In this document: positions 32,978 to 47,568 of the stretch, in pieces | Position numbering within the stretch: position 1 is the first letter of the stretch | Layout of the letters: every line of letters begins with the position of its first letter | Assembly: GCF_009914755.1 (NCBI RefSeq) | Contig: NC_060941.1 | Source of the DNA: the human T2T-CHM13v2.0 reference genome, Homo sapiens | Reading direction: 5' to 3' (one strand) | DNA: 64,000 nt | Program-made: the position numbers and the translations under genes | Notes under the pieces: model-generated | Databases searched by the model: none | What the model was told of the DNA's origin: nothing | Seen by the model: the letters and a program-made list of their open reading frames with translations, nothing else

Positions 32978-35900
32978 CTAGGGGATGGCAGGTGACAGGG
33001 AAGAGGAAGTCATTAAGCCCAACCCCAGGTCTCCTGGCCCCATCACACCAGGTCCTCAGGCAGGTCGGATCCTGCTCAGAGATTCCCATGGCCTCCACTG
33101 CCTCCAGAACAAAGGCCCGTCACTCTGTCTCATCACTGGAGATGTCTCCACCAGCCTCAGCGAACTCCCCAGCCATTCATGCTCTCCAGTCACTCAGTGC
33201 CCTTCCAGGTCTCTGGACCTACAGAGCTGTCTGTCCACGGTGCACATGTGGAACTCTGTGGATTTAGCCATAGATGTTTACAAATGTCCCCTAAAGACAG
33301 CAGGGATCGCATCCTTTCATGCTTCTATCCTAGCACCTACACAGTGCCAGGCTCATGGTGCTGAGTGACAGGTATGGTCCAAAGGAACAGACACATAAGC
33401 CACCAACAGCACAGCCTGCTGCATGCTGGTTTGCTGAGGAAGGGGCATATGGGGACGCCAGGATCCCTACAGAGGGTAAAGCAGATCTGAGCTCCAGTTC
33501 TGGCTCAACCACCAGCCGGCAGGGTAGTCTTAGGTGGGCCCCTGTTCCCTCTAGGGCTCGGTTTCCTTATCTAGAAACTGCTGCCTCCCTGCCCAGGTGC
33601 TGGGGAGCCCCTCAGGAGGCCGTGTCCTGAGCAATGTTCTGAAAACGTGCGTGGAGATGTGAGTGTGGAAGGGATCTCGCTCTCAGGGTGCTCTGGGGCC
33701 GCTCTTTCCAGGCCCGTTGTGTGTGTGGCAGGAGCTCTGTGCCATGGCAGAGCCAACAGCTGGGCAAGGCAGTAGAGGAAGAGGGGGTGGCACACACCCT
33801 CCCTGACCCCCAGGCTCCCGCCCTACCGCCCTGGGCCTGAGGGCAGCTCGGAGCCCGGCCAGGAGGTCCCCACAGCTCCATGGCAGCCTGCAGCGTGGCA
33901 ACCGCAGGACACGTGTTCCGCTGAATCAGGAAAACGGCACACTGAGAAGGCAGCCGAGGGCCGGGCGGTGGGGGCTGCTCTAGCTCTCGGGCCTGGCTTT
34001 GATTTGGTCTTCAGCTCTAGGAATCCCGCCCGCCCCCTCACTGGAGGGGAGCTTTTCCGGGCTGCCGCTGACTATGGAAATAACTTCCTTTCCTTTTCTA
34101 TTTCGGGCGGGTGGCCGGCGGCGGGGGCGAGGGGAAGGGGCGGGGGCGGCAGCAGAAGGGATAACCAGCTGCTAAGTGCCTGGTGGGAGCTCAGCTCTTG
34201 CAGACTGGAGCCAAGGGAACCCCAGCACGCCTCGTCCACCCTCTCCCTGCACAGACACAGGGGGAGAGGGAATGGTCTGGAGAGCAGCTTGCATCACAAC
34301 CCGGGACTCCCATTCCTAGGCCAAATTTTTTTCTACATCACTGCCACCTTCTGTCACTGTTGGAGGCTTCATTTTTCTCCAAAGGCCAGAGATGGGGAGA
34401 GAGGAAGCCTCATCTCTAAGGGACTCGCAGACCACCCCAGGCTACAGCAGGGAGGGACCCTCGCCAGGGGTATTACCAGTTCTTGAGGTCTCAGGGTCTT
34501 CATCTGGGACATGGGTGCCCACCCCCAATTTAACCACACCTCGGAGCCACCCAGGAAAGCAGTGGAGGGAGAACCTCAGAGGTGCACCTGGACCCCTCTA
34601 GCCATGAAGACTCCAAGTGGAGAAGGGCACAAGGTGGAGGAGGCCCCTGTTCTCAGCTGAGTTTCCTTGCTGCTAGGCCTGTGGTCCTGAAGGAAGGCCA
34701 GGCCCAGCCCCCTCCCGGCCCCTTGGCTGGCACTGGTAGAGATGAGGTCAGCCCACAGCTGCGTGAGCCAGGGCACAGGCAGCCCAGGCAACTCCATTGT
34801 GGTCGGAAAGGAATGTCAGAAATGAGCTGAGACGCAAATAAAAAAAAAAACTTCCAAGGCTGTAATTTTAACGGAAAAACAGCAGGCGGCCTGTGTGGAA
34901 GGGTCCCCGGGGTTTCAGAGACTGTCTTTCAGACAGATGGAGGGAAGGACAGACTGGGGGAGGGGAAGGAGGGAGAAGCTGGGGAGGATTTCCCAGCCCA
35001 GAGCCTCTGCCTCTGGACCCCAAAACTGCAACTTCAAGCCCCATCGGACCCCCAGGTTTACCCATGGAACATCAGACCTGATGGAAAGGGATTTCAGACT
35101 CAGGACTTCCAGGTAAAATTTTTGGTAAGAACTGGACATTGAGGTCCAGAGGGGGTTCAAGCCATGTCCCAGGACACACACATCATCCAGGCAAAACCTG
35201 GGCCCAGGGATTGTGACATTTGAAGCATGCTCCCCGGGGTGGCCCTGCCTCTCTGTGCCCTAGGAGGCCAATACCCACGCTCCCAAACTCTGCCCCATCT
35301 GCAGGTTCTCGGCACCCCAGTGACTGGAGGTAGCAGATGGGGGCCAGGCCATTCCCCCACTCAAATCTGATCTCCCTCAGCAGCCAAAGGAAGATTCCTA
35401 AAACACGAACCTGATCGTGTCGCTCTCCAGGTTAAGGCCCTTGAATGGCTCCCCGCTGTCTGCAAGAGAAGACGGAAGCTCCCTGGAGGGCCACAGGGCC
35501 TTTGATCTGCTTGCCTTTCCAGCCTCACCCGCCGTTAGGTACTTCCAGGAGGTCTCCAGATGAGCCCTCTTTCCTGCCTCCAGGCCTCTGCAAGTGCTCC
35601 TTCCTTTGCCTGAGCGCCTCCCTGTCCTCTGCTTCTCCACATTACTGCCAATGTGGCCTTCAGGTCACAGCCTGGACATCAGTTTCTCCTGGCAGCCTTC
35701 CCTGCCCCCGTGTCTTCGGCTTCCCTAGACCCTGATCTCCTTGGCAGTGTGTGGGCAAACAGGCAGCACCGTATTCACCTCCACATCACACACATGGCTC
35801 AGCACGTGGTTCACACACATAGTTCAGGAGTGCTGTACTCACCACCTCATCATACACATGGCTCAGCACCTGCGTATGGCAGGCAATCAGTAAATGCTGG

Positions 35901-36607
35901 AAATGAATGTCCTGGATGGAGGGACTGGACAAGGCACTGGAGATGGCCTAGAGGCCCAGGTCTAGCAGAGCCATCCTGGGGCAAAGGGATCTGTGCCTCT
36001 ACTGAACACTGGCCTCTGGGGGAAGCCTCGCCCCTGGTCTCAATGTTAGAGCTAAACTTAGAAGCCAGCCAGTGTAGCTGGGGGACAGGAAGGAGCAGTA
36101 AACCACTGATTATAGGTCTGGTCTATACCTGGGTCTGTGCTAAGTGCTCCACACACATCTCATTCAATCCTCCTAACAGTGCTAAGGTGGAAATTACTAT
36201 TCCCATTTCAGGTGAGGCAAACGAAGCTCAGAGAGGTTAAGCAATGAGCCAAAGGCCACATTGCAAAGGTGCCTGAAGAATTCTAAGCTAGGCAGCTGAA
36301 GAAAGGGGTGGGGAGAACAGACCGCTTCTGTCTGACTCCACAAGTCAAGTTCTCCTCAGGGCATCCACTCCCAGCCCAGCAAAGCCTTCCATTTCCTGAG
36401 TTAGGCTCCAGAACCTCAAGCAAGAGCAGTAACTTATCTAAAGTCCACAGGGTCTCCTAAGCCTTGGTCTGGTGCTGAGGTTACCTTGCCCCCAAGTGGG
36501 GCTCCCATCACCACCCTGGCCCCCACCCACAGCAGGCTGAACACCCAGCCAGAGTAGGGAGGGAGGATGTGGCATGGATATCCATACCACATTTATACTG
36601 GGATTTT

Positions 36608-37164
<557 letters not shown>

Positions 37165-37777
37165 TCAAAGAAAGGAAAATCATTTAGCCCAGGGCTCTGT
37201 GATCTATCCCAGGCTGCAAGTCCTGCCTAGGTCTCACCCAGACCCACCCACTCATTCCCCACCTCCCACTCCAGTACAGCCTGCCAGCTCCTGGTACCAC
37301 TCGTGACAAAGATCCCAGCTCTGTTCCTGTCCCTGACTCAAAACACTTCCCTCCCTCCTCCCCTCAGTAACTTTCTAGGACTCTATGAGCTCCGTAAGCT
37401 GCAATCACAGAGACTTTTCTCATTCGGGAGGTGACAGGACACAGCAGTGAAGAGTGATTAGCTTTAAGTCAGAATGACCTGGATTCGAACTCCAGCTCTT
37501 AGTCTTGGGGAAGTTATGAAATCTCTCAAGGCTCAGTTTCCTCGTCCATAAATAGGGGTGATGACAACAGTGCCCGCCTCTGCATTAAATGTGATGGTGT
37601 AGGTAAAGAACCTGCTCCGTTTCTGGCATTGGAAGGGTGCTTAGTCAATGCTAGCTACACTTGTATGATAACAGAGTTCACCACTGCTCTGGGGCTGTTC
37701 TGGGGAGAAGGGAAGATCTAACTGGGACAGGTGCCCTGTCCCATCATCTCCCCACCCCCTCACCACTCCAGGCCTGA

Positions 37778-38326
<549 letters not shown>

Positions 38327-38871
38327 TAATGAAAGAGACTTGCTCTCATTGCTTAAAAATCCTCACAATATCCCTAGCCCAAGGATGGCAGCTAGCCATT
38401 CCATCAATTACTGATGACTGGCTGGGAATGCTGTGTTCTGTGTTAAGGAGGATCTGAGGCTCTGTCTTGACTCAGCAGGAAAGAGCACAGTGATGAATCA
38501 GCCATGTTTGCTGTGGGCTTGGGAGGGGAAGTGCCAATACACATTCCCTGTTTGTCATTCCTACTCTGGCATCTCCCTTGACTATAAGCTCCCAGAAAGC
38601 AGAGGCTGAGCTTTACTTAACTCTGTGTCCCATATGGTACCAGACATACCGCCTAGCCTAGAGTAGGAATTTAGGAAATGTTTGCTCTTGCAATCCTTAC
38701 ATTTTGCAAGTTCTCCTTGGTATCTAGCTAAAATGTCTCTTGCTGCAGTAGAAGCCTGTTCTTTGAGAATATACTGAGCAGTCCAGCCAAGTTTCGTGTT
38801 GTTTGTACACAGCCCCAGCCACTGATCCTCTTCCCTGCCACCCTGTGCTCTGAGACATGACAGATTCTCAC

Positions 38872-38999
38872 CGGGGAGGCGGAGTCGGGGGAGCCAGAGG
38901 GTAGGGCCGGTCGAACACGTGCATGTGGTAGGCTGGCGGGGAGTACACAGGTGGGGGCTCTTCATCCGAGCTATCAGGTTCCAAAGTCCTTTCCAAGAT
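38872..38999 (-). CDS. CUEDC1: CUEDC1 exon 3
   Basis: Acceptor GATTTAG|ATC; encodes ILERTLEPDSSDEEPPPVYSPPAYHMHVFDRPYPLAPPTPPP(R); 128 nt; donor CG|GTGAGA. Confidence 0.93.
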
Positions 39000-39907
39000 C
39001 TAAATCAGAGGCAACAGAGAAAGAAATATTAATCATCCCTCCTTGAATTTAAATACCATTCAGACAAAATCAAGTGTGGGAGGGCAGGTATAATAAAGGA
39101 ACTCTGTGTGTTGCTAGTGGGAGTGTAAATCGATACAATCACCACTTTAGAAAACTGCCTTTTTGAAAAAGCTAAACACATGGCTACCTCTGACCCTCCA
39201 GTTCTGGCAACTCCACAGACATCAAAGTGTATGTCCCCAAAAGAATGTTCACAGCAGCATTCTCCCTCCATGTGCAGTTCAAATACAGGCAGAAACAAAT
39301 ACACAGTGGTAAGGGTCAGGGCGGTGTGCCCTCTGTGGAGCGGGTAAGGGTGGGAACAGATACCAGGGGCACTCCAGGTTCTGGGGATGATGGTTATTGA
39401 GCTGGTGCTGATAATGTGGAATATTCGCACTGTGAAACTCCACCGAGCTGCATGCGTGTGACTCATGTGCTCCTGTACCCATGCTATTCTTTGATGATAA
39501 CATCTTTCATACCTTCTCTCAAAGTACCTCCACGTCTCTGATCTCATCTTAACCTCGAACAACCTGGCGCTGTAGGATATGGCTCATTACCCCATTTGAC
39601 ACAGAAGGAAACTGAGGCCGAGGCTAAGTGACATGGCAAAAGCCACACGCTTTTTAGAACTGAGTCTTCAACTTGGACCACAAGGGTCCCTCCTTCAGGC
39701 ACACTGGCTGCACACTCAGGTTGGACTCTCAGGGCGGAGAGTAGCAAGGGGAGTGCCCGGGATGCCTGCTCTCCTTCCCAAGCTCTTGTCTTTATCCAGG
39801 AGCCAAGAAGAGGGCCAGGGAGAGGCCAAGGACTGGGCAAAGTCTGGGGTCCTGCTCCACTGACCGACTTAGATTCTTCCCCAGAAGCCCAGAGAGGAGT
39901 TTGGGGC

Positions 39908-40113
39908 AGCTAAACACATGGCTACCTCTGACCCTCCAGTTCTGGCACACTCCGCAGACATCAAAGTATATGTTCTCCTGCCTCGGCCTCCCAAGTAGAT
40001 GGAATTACAGGCGTGCGCCACCACCCCTGGCTAATCTTTGTATTTTTAGTAGAGATGGGGTTTCACCATGTTGGCCAGGCTGGTCTTGAACTCCTGACCT
40101 CAAGTGATCCACC
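39908..40113 (+). repeat. Chimeric local duplication of 39170-39234 plus 38031-38172
   Basis: Direct sequence comparison; see findings. Confidence 0.85.
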
Positions 40114-41841
40114 ATAGGGGCGGCCCCTGACTGGGAGATCCCTCACCACACAGCCCAACCTGGCCTACACCTTCGCCTCCCGCTCACTCCCCACAACTCT
40201 GTTCCCATCTCCTCCAAGATCAAAGAATATGGGAGGAGCTCAGAGGCTGTGAATCTCAGGTGCCCCAGAGCCCCCAGACCTCAGGTGAGTTTGCAGAAGT
40301 CACCATAATAATGCTGCCTGTATAAGCCTGGGCTGGGCCAGGCCTCACTGGTACATCTCTGCTCTTGAGACCAGCCATGCCCAGCACACACAGCCTCCCA
40401 GGGGCACCTGGTGGGTAGGGAAGTGAGCCTGTGCATGTGAGCACACATACACACACACGCGCACATGCACACACATGCACACGTGCACTCTGCAGTGCTC
40501 TGCGCTTACATAGCTAGCTAAACCCAAGGAGGCCTCCCGCCCTGGAATGCACTAACGTTCTTTCCTTTGAGGCCAAAAGTATTTAAACAGATGCTTTTGC
40601 AGGAAAGGAAGAATGTAGTGCTTGGCAGGCCACTGCTCTGCTTACCCTAAATTTCCACAAGAAAGGAAAAAAGAGAGAGAACACTGTAAGCGCTGCTCCT
40701 GTTCCCTGGCGACTCTCTGGTGCCTGGCACAGGACAGTGACCCAGCAGGTACCTGGTGCATTCTGAGAACTTGCTGCTGCTGTCCCCCAGCCCAGGCACC
40801 CTGTTTCCCAGACCCCTCTTCTCTGAGGGATAGGGCTTTGGGCTGCAGCCTTGAGGCCAGCAGTGGTGGGTCTCAGTGGCTGGCCTGGGCTATTCCCACT
40901 GATATGGGTCAGAGTGAGGTGGGTGAGCAGGGGAGGAGAGCGCAGTAGAAACTGTCCCCTAAAGGAAGCTGCTTGGGGTTTCCCCTGACCATGGCTAGTG
41001 GCAGTCAGCCCCCCAGACTCAGGGCAATCAGCCCTCCCCAGCCACACCAGGAGGCCCCCTCCTGCTCCTCTGTGCAGCCTCCCAGGGCAGCAAGACCAGA
41101 CAGACGTTCATCAGAGCCTCCTGGAGAGGACTTGGGAAACACAGAGAAGACAGGCGGCCGGCCAGGCAAGCTCCAGAATGCAGGGCCCGAGTCCCAAGGA
41201 GAGTAACCCCAGCAGCACTGCTGGCCTCCCTGGCCTCTCCCTCCCACTGCCACCGCCACAAAGAGGTTGTTCTTCTGGCTCTAAAGGTGCTGAAGTTTTT
41301 GGGCTCTGCAGCCTCCTGGCTTAACTCATTGTGGGTGATGGATGCCTGCCAGGTGCTCCAGGGGGCAGGGTCTAGGCCATTTATCTGACAGGAGATACTT
41401 CTCCATGGCAAGGATACCCCTCGGGCCAGCCCACCATCCATCAGCCCCCAGAAAGGGTTTTTTTTTCCAGTCAGCAGTTATTGTCATTCCAGCTGTGGCT
41501 CATAAATTTTCCGAAGCACTTTCCGCTGGCTCAGGAGCTGCCTGCCTATGGGCCCAGGCAGAGTTCCAAAGGTGGGGGGTTGGGGAGACTGCCAAGGGAG
41601 GGGAGGGGTACCGGGAGGGGGCTCAATTTGGAGAGCAAGATTCTTAGAAAAACAGAAGTGCACACACAGCAAGGGCCTACCTAGGGGGTGGTGAAGCCTT
41701 GCAGAGGTCTATAGGACTGTGGGGGCCATGGACAAAGGAGAAAATACTACCCTACCTGCCAGACTGTCAGGGCAAATCAGACTGCAGAAAGGGTCAGAGC
41801 TTGCAGAGAGCTTTCCTTCCAGTTCACACTTAAAGCATATA

Positions 41842-42293
41842 CAGTTGACTCTCGAATAACAAGAGTTTGAACTGCGTGGGTCCACTTATAGGTAGATTTT
41901 CTTCCACCTCCACCACCCCTGAGACAGCAAAACCAACCCCTCCTGTCCCTCCTCCTCAGCCTACTCAATGTGAGAAGATGAGGATGAAGCCCTTTACGAT
42001 GATCTACTTCCACTTAATGAATAGAAAATATATTTTGTCTTGCTTATGATTTTCTTAACATTTTCTTGTCTCTAGCTTACTTTATTGTAGGAATACAGTA
42101 TATGATACATACAACACACAAAATATATGTTAGTCGACTGTTTATGTTAAGGCTTGAGTTAAGGCTTGAGGTCAACGATAGGCTATTAGCAGTCAATTTC
42201 TGGGAAAATCAAAAGTTATATTAAAAAGTGGATTTTTGACTGCAAGGGGAGGATTCACTGCCCCTAACCCCTGCATTGTTCAATGGTCAACTG
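41842..42293 (+). mobile_element. Tigger2a-like DNA transposon with intact termini
   Basis: TA-CAGTTGACTCTCGAATAAC at the start and TGTTCAATGGTCAACTG-TA at the end: inverted termini with a TA target-site duplication. Confidence 0.8.
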
Positions 42294-42711
42294 TATCTGC
42301 AGACACACACATACATACGCATACTCTCACTCTCTCTCTCTCCTTCTTTCTACAAAGAGGATCCATATTTTCCAATATTCCTTCCACCACCTACTCCAAG
42401 CAGATCAAAGGAGTGGTCTCCCAAGGAGAGAGACAATAGAAAACTGTACAAAGACAGCAGCAACACGTACTCATTCAACAAACACTCCCTGAGTGCTTGC
42501 TATGTGCGTGGATTGTCCTGGGTGCTGCAGATGACACAGGGATGAGCCAGATGTCTTTGCCAACAGAGCTTTTCCACCTCTAGGGGAAGTCTCAGCAGCA
42601 CCCACTAAGGAGGAAAAGCAAGGAGACTTTGCCCTGCAGGATGGCTGATGAACAAGGGTAATAATAATGCCACAGCACAAAGTTTGTGAGGATTAGAAGA
42701 GATGACACATC

Positions 42712-43073
<362 letters not shown>

Positions 43074-43391
43074 TCAATAAAGAGTGGAGTTAAATCCTGC
43101 TGGGTCCTGGTCTTGTCCATGGCTGCATGTCCCAGATGGCCCTGTGGACAACACCCCTCTGATTAACAGGCTCTGTGTGCCTCATCCTTCTGCACCAAGC
43201 ACCTCAGGCTCTGCTGATACTGGGTGGCCAGATGTCCACTGAACTCGGGTGGGACTGGAAAGGACTCACAACCTCCAGCAGGTGGGTACTGATGCAGTAC
43301 GCAGGTCCCCTCTCTCCAGCCACTTCCCTGGAGAGACTGCTTGGCTATGGCTCACTACTGTTTCCATCAGGCCACAGTCAGAGGGATTTAA

Positions 43392-43809
<418 letters not shown>

Positions 43810-44402
43810 TGATCTCCTCTCACTCTAGGACCCTGACAGATGGTCCTGCTGCCAGTTCCCTAGCCAGTGAGGCACTATTTCACCTCCCAGCCTCTGCACA
43901 AGCTGTTCCCTTTGCCTGCACACCCTTCCCCCGGCTTCACTCTTCCTTTGGGTCTCAGCTTAGGGTTTCGGCTTAGCCATCGCTTCCTCTGGGAAGTCAC
44001 TCCTTTCTGCTGCTTCCACGTCTCCATCGAGCACTTACCACTCTGGCCGTCAGTACCCGACTCGCGCTTCTAGTCCACACTGGACTGTGAGCTCCAGGAG
44101 GGCAGAAATTTGGTCTGACTTGGCCACTAGCGGACTCTACGCCTGATGTGGAGTTCAGTATGTTGGGGTGGGGCCCAGGCACCTGCATTTTTAACAAGCA
44201 CCTTGATTCTGATGCCTCCTGACTCAGGGTCTAGTGCCACGTCTCGCACACCACTGAGTGGGCGCTCAGTGTTTGTTGAATGACTGCATGATTTCTGCCC
44301 ATAAAATAAGGTGACTGACGGATGGTACTTTTCCCTAGGGGAAGTAAGGCTGCTTGCTAATTAGAACCCAGACAGCGGAGTAACCCAGGTCCTCTTAGAG
44401 GT

Positions 44403-44519
44403 TCCAGTGGTGGTTGGAATTACCCGGGCCGTGCCCCTACCTCCGGGGGGATGCTGTCCTCCAGTGGTGGTTGGAATTACCCGGGCTGCGCCCCTACCTC
44501 CGGGGGGATGCTGTCCTCC
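44403..44519. repeat. 57-bp tandem duplication spanning the CUEDC1 exon 2 donor
   Basis: Units start at 44403 and 44460; two mismatches. Confidence 0.92.
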
Positions 44520-44833
44520 GAGTCGGAGCTGTCCTCATAGACGCCGCCGCTGCTGCCACCGCCCTCCAGGTTCATCTGCAGCAGCTGGTCGATGGTGGCG
44601 TCCACAGCGCCGCTGTTGGCGCGCAGCACGCATTCGATGATGTCGTAATCCATGTTGGGGAACATGGTCTTGAAGTCGTCCATGGCCTGGTTGAACTCCA
44701 GGCGGCGCACCTGGCGGGCAGGCCGGCTGTTGTTGAGCTCCTGGGGGGCGGCCGTGCCTCCCCCGCCCCCGCGTGCCCCGGCGGTGCCACCCCCGCCGCT
44801 GCCGCTGCTGCTCCGGCGGAACAGGCTGGTCAT
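44498..44833 (-). CDS. CUEDC1: CUEDC1 first coding exon (exon 2), containing the CUE ubiquitin-binding domain
   Basis: ATG at 44833 (GCAAAATGA); encodes MTSLFRRSSSGSGGGG...EFNQAMDDFKTMFPNMDYDIIECVLRANSGAVDATIDQLLQMNL...DSIPPE, with the CUE MFP and LL motifs; 336 nt; donor GAG|GTAGGG. Confidence 0.96.
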
Positions 44834-45148
44834 TTTGCGGAGCCGCTTGGGGAAAATGTTTCTAGCCGGCCGCAAAGCCCCTTCCCCAGGGTCTTTCCGC
44901 CGTCAGCCGCTTACTTGCCCTGCGGTCTCGGGCAGCTCACTCCTGCGCCTCCTCCTCCCCGGGTAGCCAGGCAGCAATGGGCTGCCGAGAGCTCCGGGTT
45001 AGGAGAGTACGGGCGCGGGGCCCCAGGCAGCCCTTGGAGAGCGGTCCTCGCGGGGCGGTGGCATGCGGGACCGGGCCGTGCTGGGGCTGGGCGGCCGGTC
45101 ATCCACACCCCCGGTGCATCCTGGCACCGGCTTCACGGATGGTCCCAC
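44834..45148 (-). other. CUEDC1: CUEDC1 exon 2, 5' UTR portion (315 nt), within a CpG island (~44470-45260)
   Basis: Polypyrimidine acceptor CTCTTTCGGTTTCAG|GTG at 45149/45148; GC/CpG-rich. Confidence 0.8.
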
Positions 45149-46057
45149 CTGAAACCGAAAGAGATGGAGTCAGGGCCGAGGCTAACAAAACATGAGCTCA
45201 GGGTGGCGGCCAAGGGCTACTAAGAAATGAGGGCAGGGAGCCGCGACCCCTACCACGGGCAAGGGAGGCTTGCTTCTTCCTCATGCTTTCTCCCCGGCTT
45301 CAGTAATGAAATCCCCACAGTTCTTTACTAGCACAGGACAGCCACCAGTTAGCAAGGGATTCCTCCGACCCAGGTGCCATCCTAAGTGCTCTATGTGGGC
45401 CAACTCATGACAATACTGTAAGGTATGTGCTAGTATCCCCATGTTGCAGATGGGAAAAGTGAGGTATAGACGCTGAGTTAGTGGAGGAGCCAGGATTTGA
45501 ATCTGGGACATATGGCCCTCAAGTCACTGGTCTCTACCATTACACATACTGCCAAAGACCCCTGAAGACCTGAGTGAGGCAGGAGGGGCTCTTTAAAGAT
45601 GTCCTGCCTCTCTGATCTCTAGTCCCTGTTCTCATCTTCCCACATCACTGCCCCAACATCGTGGTCCCACCACCAGGGCAGGAATCTTGTGCAGAGCTCC
45701 ATCGAACCCCGGGAACAGCAGTGATGAGAAGCGGGACCCTCCAGTGTCACCGGGAGCTTCCAGCCTGAGAGAGGAAACAGGGTTTCATCCTTGCAGAGCC
45801 TCGGGCTAATAGGGGAGGCCCAGTTCCCACTCTTGGAAAACTCATGTCAGGCCCTAAAACTCAGTCCATTCCCCTGAGAAGCACCAGCCCAAAAGAGAGA
45901 TGCAAGGCCATTGTCAACCCCTGGACTTCATTTTCCTTACCCCAATGTCAGGCCGACATGTTTTATTTATATCACAGACACGTTTGTTCTTATGGAACAC
46001 TCAGTGTCCTTACATATTTTTAAAAATTCTAGAAGTTTTTTCTCAAAGTTGTCTTGA

Positions 46058-46389
<332 letters not shown>

Positions 46390-46702
46390 ATAAATTCTGT
46401 TCTTATCCCCACCAAGCCCAGTTCTCCTGCCCCAGCCAATGTGTGTCCCTCAGCCCCCAGGGTCAGCACAGTGTCCTGACAACATGTATAGGTGGAACTG
46501 AAAATCAAGCACAATGAGGGACCATAATCTGCCACAGAAAACCACCCGGCCCACTCAAACCCAGGCATGTAAATCACTGCCAAGGTTGCATTTCTGTTAG
46601 CACAGACCACTGGGAATGGAATGCGCCTAAACACCAACTTCTGACAGTGGCAGCTTTATTTTAAGGGACAATTCCATCAAATAATATCCTTGAGTTTGAT
46701 GA

Positions 46703-47568
<866 letters not shown>

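Noticed and set aside
40430-40490. Alternating purine-pyrimidine tract (Z-DNA-like); similar at 10923-10972
   Set aside because: Common degenerate microsatellite with no evidence of function from sequence alone.
44414-45223. 269-aa + strand ORF
   Set aside because: Antisense shadow of the GC-rich CUEDC1 exon 2.
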